The notes beneath the pieces are model-generated. The model was not told the origin of the DNA. It made no database searches and saw only the letters and a program-made list of their open reading frames with translations. A program made the position numbers and the translations under genes. From an uncultured Myxococcales bacterium (GTDB lineage: Bacteria > Myxococcota > UBA4151): a stretch of 13,142 nucleotides of DNA. The stretch spans positions 1 to 13,142 of the forward strand of contig CAXGWI010000104.1 in NCBI GenBank assembly GCA_964013405.1. Reading direction: 5' to 3'. Below are positions 12,293-13,142 of this stretch, one piece after another; position 1 is the stretch's first letter; every line of letters begins with the position of its first letter.

Positions 12293-13142
12293 ATGCCTAG
12301 AGTTCTCCTCTGTCTATTGCTCCCTGGGCTTGCCCAGGCAGTTCCAGCCCGGCTTCAGGGGCAGGTCAAGGGCGTCGACCATGTGGTGTCGGTGCCTGAG
12401 CCGGCTTCACCGGCCAGTCGGGTCTACCAGTCCACGACGGTTCGGCCCCAGGCCAAAACCGCCGCAAGCGAGGTTCCTCTCTATCTTTTGGTGTCGACTG
12501 AAGGCGTCGACCATAAGGCAGAGCGGAAAAAGAAAAAGCTCGGTCCCGTCAAAGTGGAGTTCGTCGGCCAACGCTTCGTTCCCGACGTCATTGTGGTGGC
12601 CCAAGGTACAGAGGTGGAGATTACAAACGGCGGGCCCTTCCACCTTAAAGCTGAACGAAGTGCTGGGCCTGGGCCTCAGTTAGGGGAGTTTGCACCGGGC
12701 AAAAGCCAAAAGGTCAGCTTCACGGAGACCGGTGCGGTCAGTTACAATGCGAGCGCTTGGCGAAACGCTTCCCTGCGGATTTTTGTGGCCCCAGCGGGTC
12801 GGCTTTTTAAGGTGCCGCGCGCAGCCGATGGTCACCACGCCTTCCAGTTCAATGATCTTACCGAGGGCCGATCCAAGCTGAGCTTCCTGGTTGAAGGTAA
12901 GTGGGTGAGTCTCAAAAACGCCCCGGTTCTTAGGCAAAATCAAGCGCTCGAACTGATTCTGGACTGGGCTGTTGAAGGTAAAGGTAAGCCAAAGATTCTC
13001 ATTCCTCGGAGAACGAAAGAGATCCCCATCGAAATGGTGGATGACCCCCTTTGGGGCAGCGTGAAGGCCGAGGATAAGAAGAAGAAGAAGAAGAAGAAAA
13101 AGAAGAAGAAGAAGAAGAAGAAGAAGAAGAAGAAGAAGAAGA
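12293..13142 (+). CDS. Secreted hypothetical protein with a degenerate cupredoxin-like domain and poly-Lys tract (3'-truncated, at least 283 aa)
   Basis: My translation from ATG 12293 has no stop to the window end: MPRVLLCLLLPGLAQA|VPARLQGQVKG...FVPDVIVVAQGTEVEITNGGPFH...FAPGKSQKVSFTETGAVSYNASAWRNASLRIFV...ADGHHAFQFNDLTEGRSKL...WGSVKAED(K)22. It has a good SD and a Sec-type signal peptide with an A-Q-A cleavage site. Absent from the ORF track, probably because it has no stop codon. Confidence 0.82.
   Translation, partial: MPRVLLCLLLPGLAQAVPARLQGQVKGVDHVVSVPEPASPASRVYQSTTVRPQAKTAASEVPLYLLVSTEGVDHKAERKKKKLGPVKVEFVGQRFVPDVIVVAQGTEVEITNGGPFHLKAERSAGPGPQLGEFAPGKSQKVSFTETGAVSYNASAWRNASLRIFVAPAGRLFKVPRAADGHHAFQFNDLTEGRSKLSFLVEGKWVSLKNAPVLRQNQALELILDWAVEGKGKPKILIPRRTKEIPIEMVDDPLWGSVKAEDKKKKKKKKKKKKKKKKKKKKKK
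13076..13142 (+). repeat. (AAG)n trinucleotide repeat: (AAG)7 AAA (AAG)14 A, in frame as poly-Lys
   Basis: Read directly from the sequence. It runs off the end of the window. Confidence 0.95.

Noticed and set aside
12371..12514. 12-bp direct repeat GGCGTCGACCAT (GVDH twice) in the terminal ORF
   Set aside because: Only two short copies 132 nt apart, with no array, target-site-duplication context or mobile element. Not distinguishable from chance or a small internal duplication.

Overview
Core housekeeping cluster of a moderately GC-rich bacterium, all on the + strand: 3' end of tuf, tRNA-Trp(CCA), secE, nusG, rplK, rplA, rplJ, rplL, rpoB and rpoC, then a strong intrinsic terminator. The long three-TM SecE and the RNAP sequence features suggest a Myxococcota/deltaproteobacteria-like lineage (inference). 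Recognisable cis-elements are an L1-binding site before rplA, an L10 leader before rplJ and an attenuator-like hairpin between rplL and rpoB. After rpoC there is a gene missing from the supplied ORF track (12293 to the window end, no stop codon). It has its own sigma70-like promoter and RBS and encodes a signal-peptide protein with a cupredoxin-like domain lacking the copper ligands, running into at least 22 Lys codons. I see no mobile element, CRISPR array or defence system, and I cannot support a new multi-gene system. The most notable signals are this poly-Lys protein and substitutions at normally near-invariant residues: RpoB rifampicin pocket THKRR to THMRR, RpoB switch region WALEAY to WAMQGY, the L1 RNA-binding patch, and the NusG F165/SWH motifs. 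Comparisons to E. coli or Thermus residues are from recalled sequences, not computed alignments.
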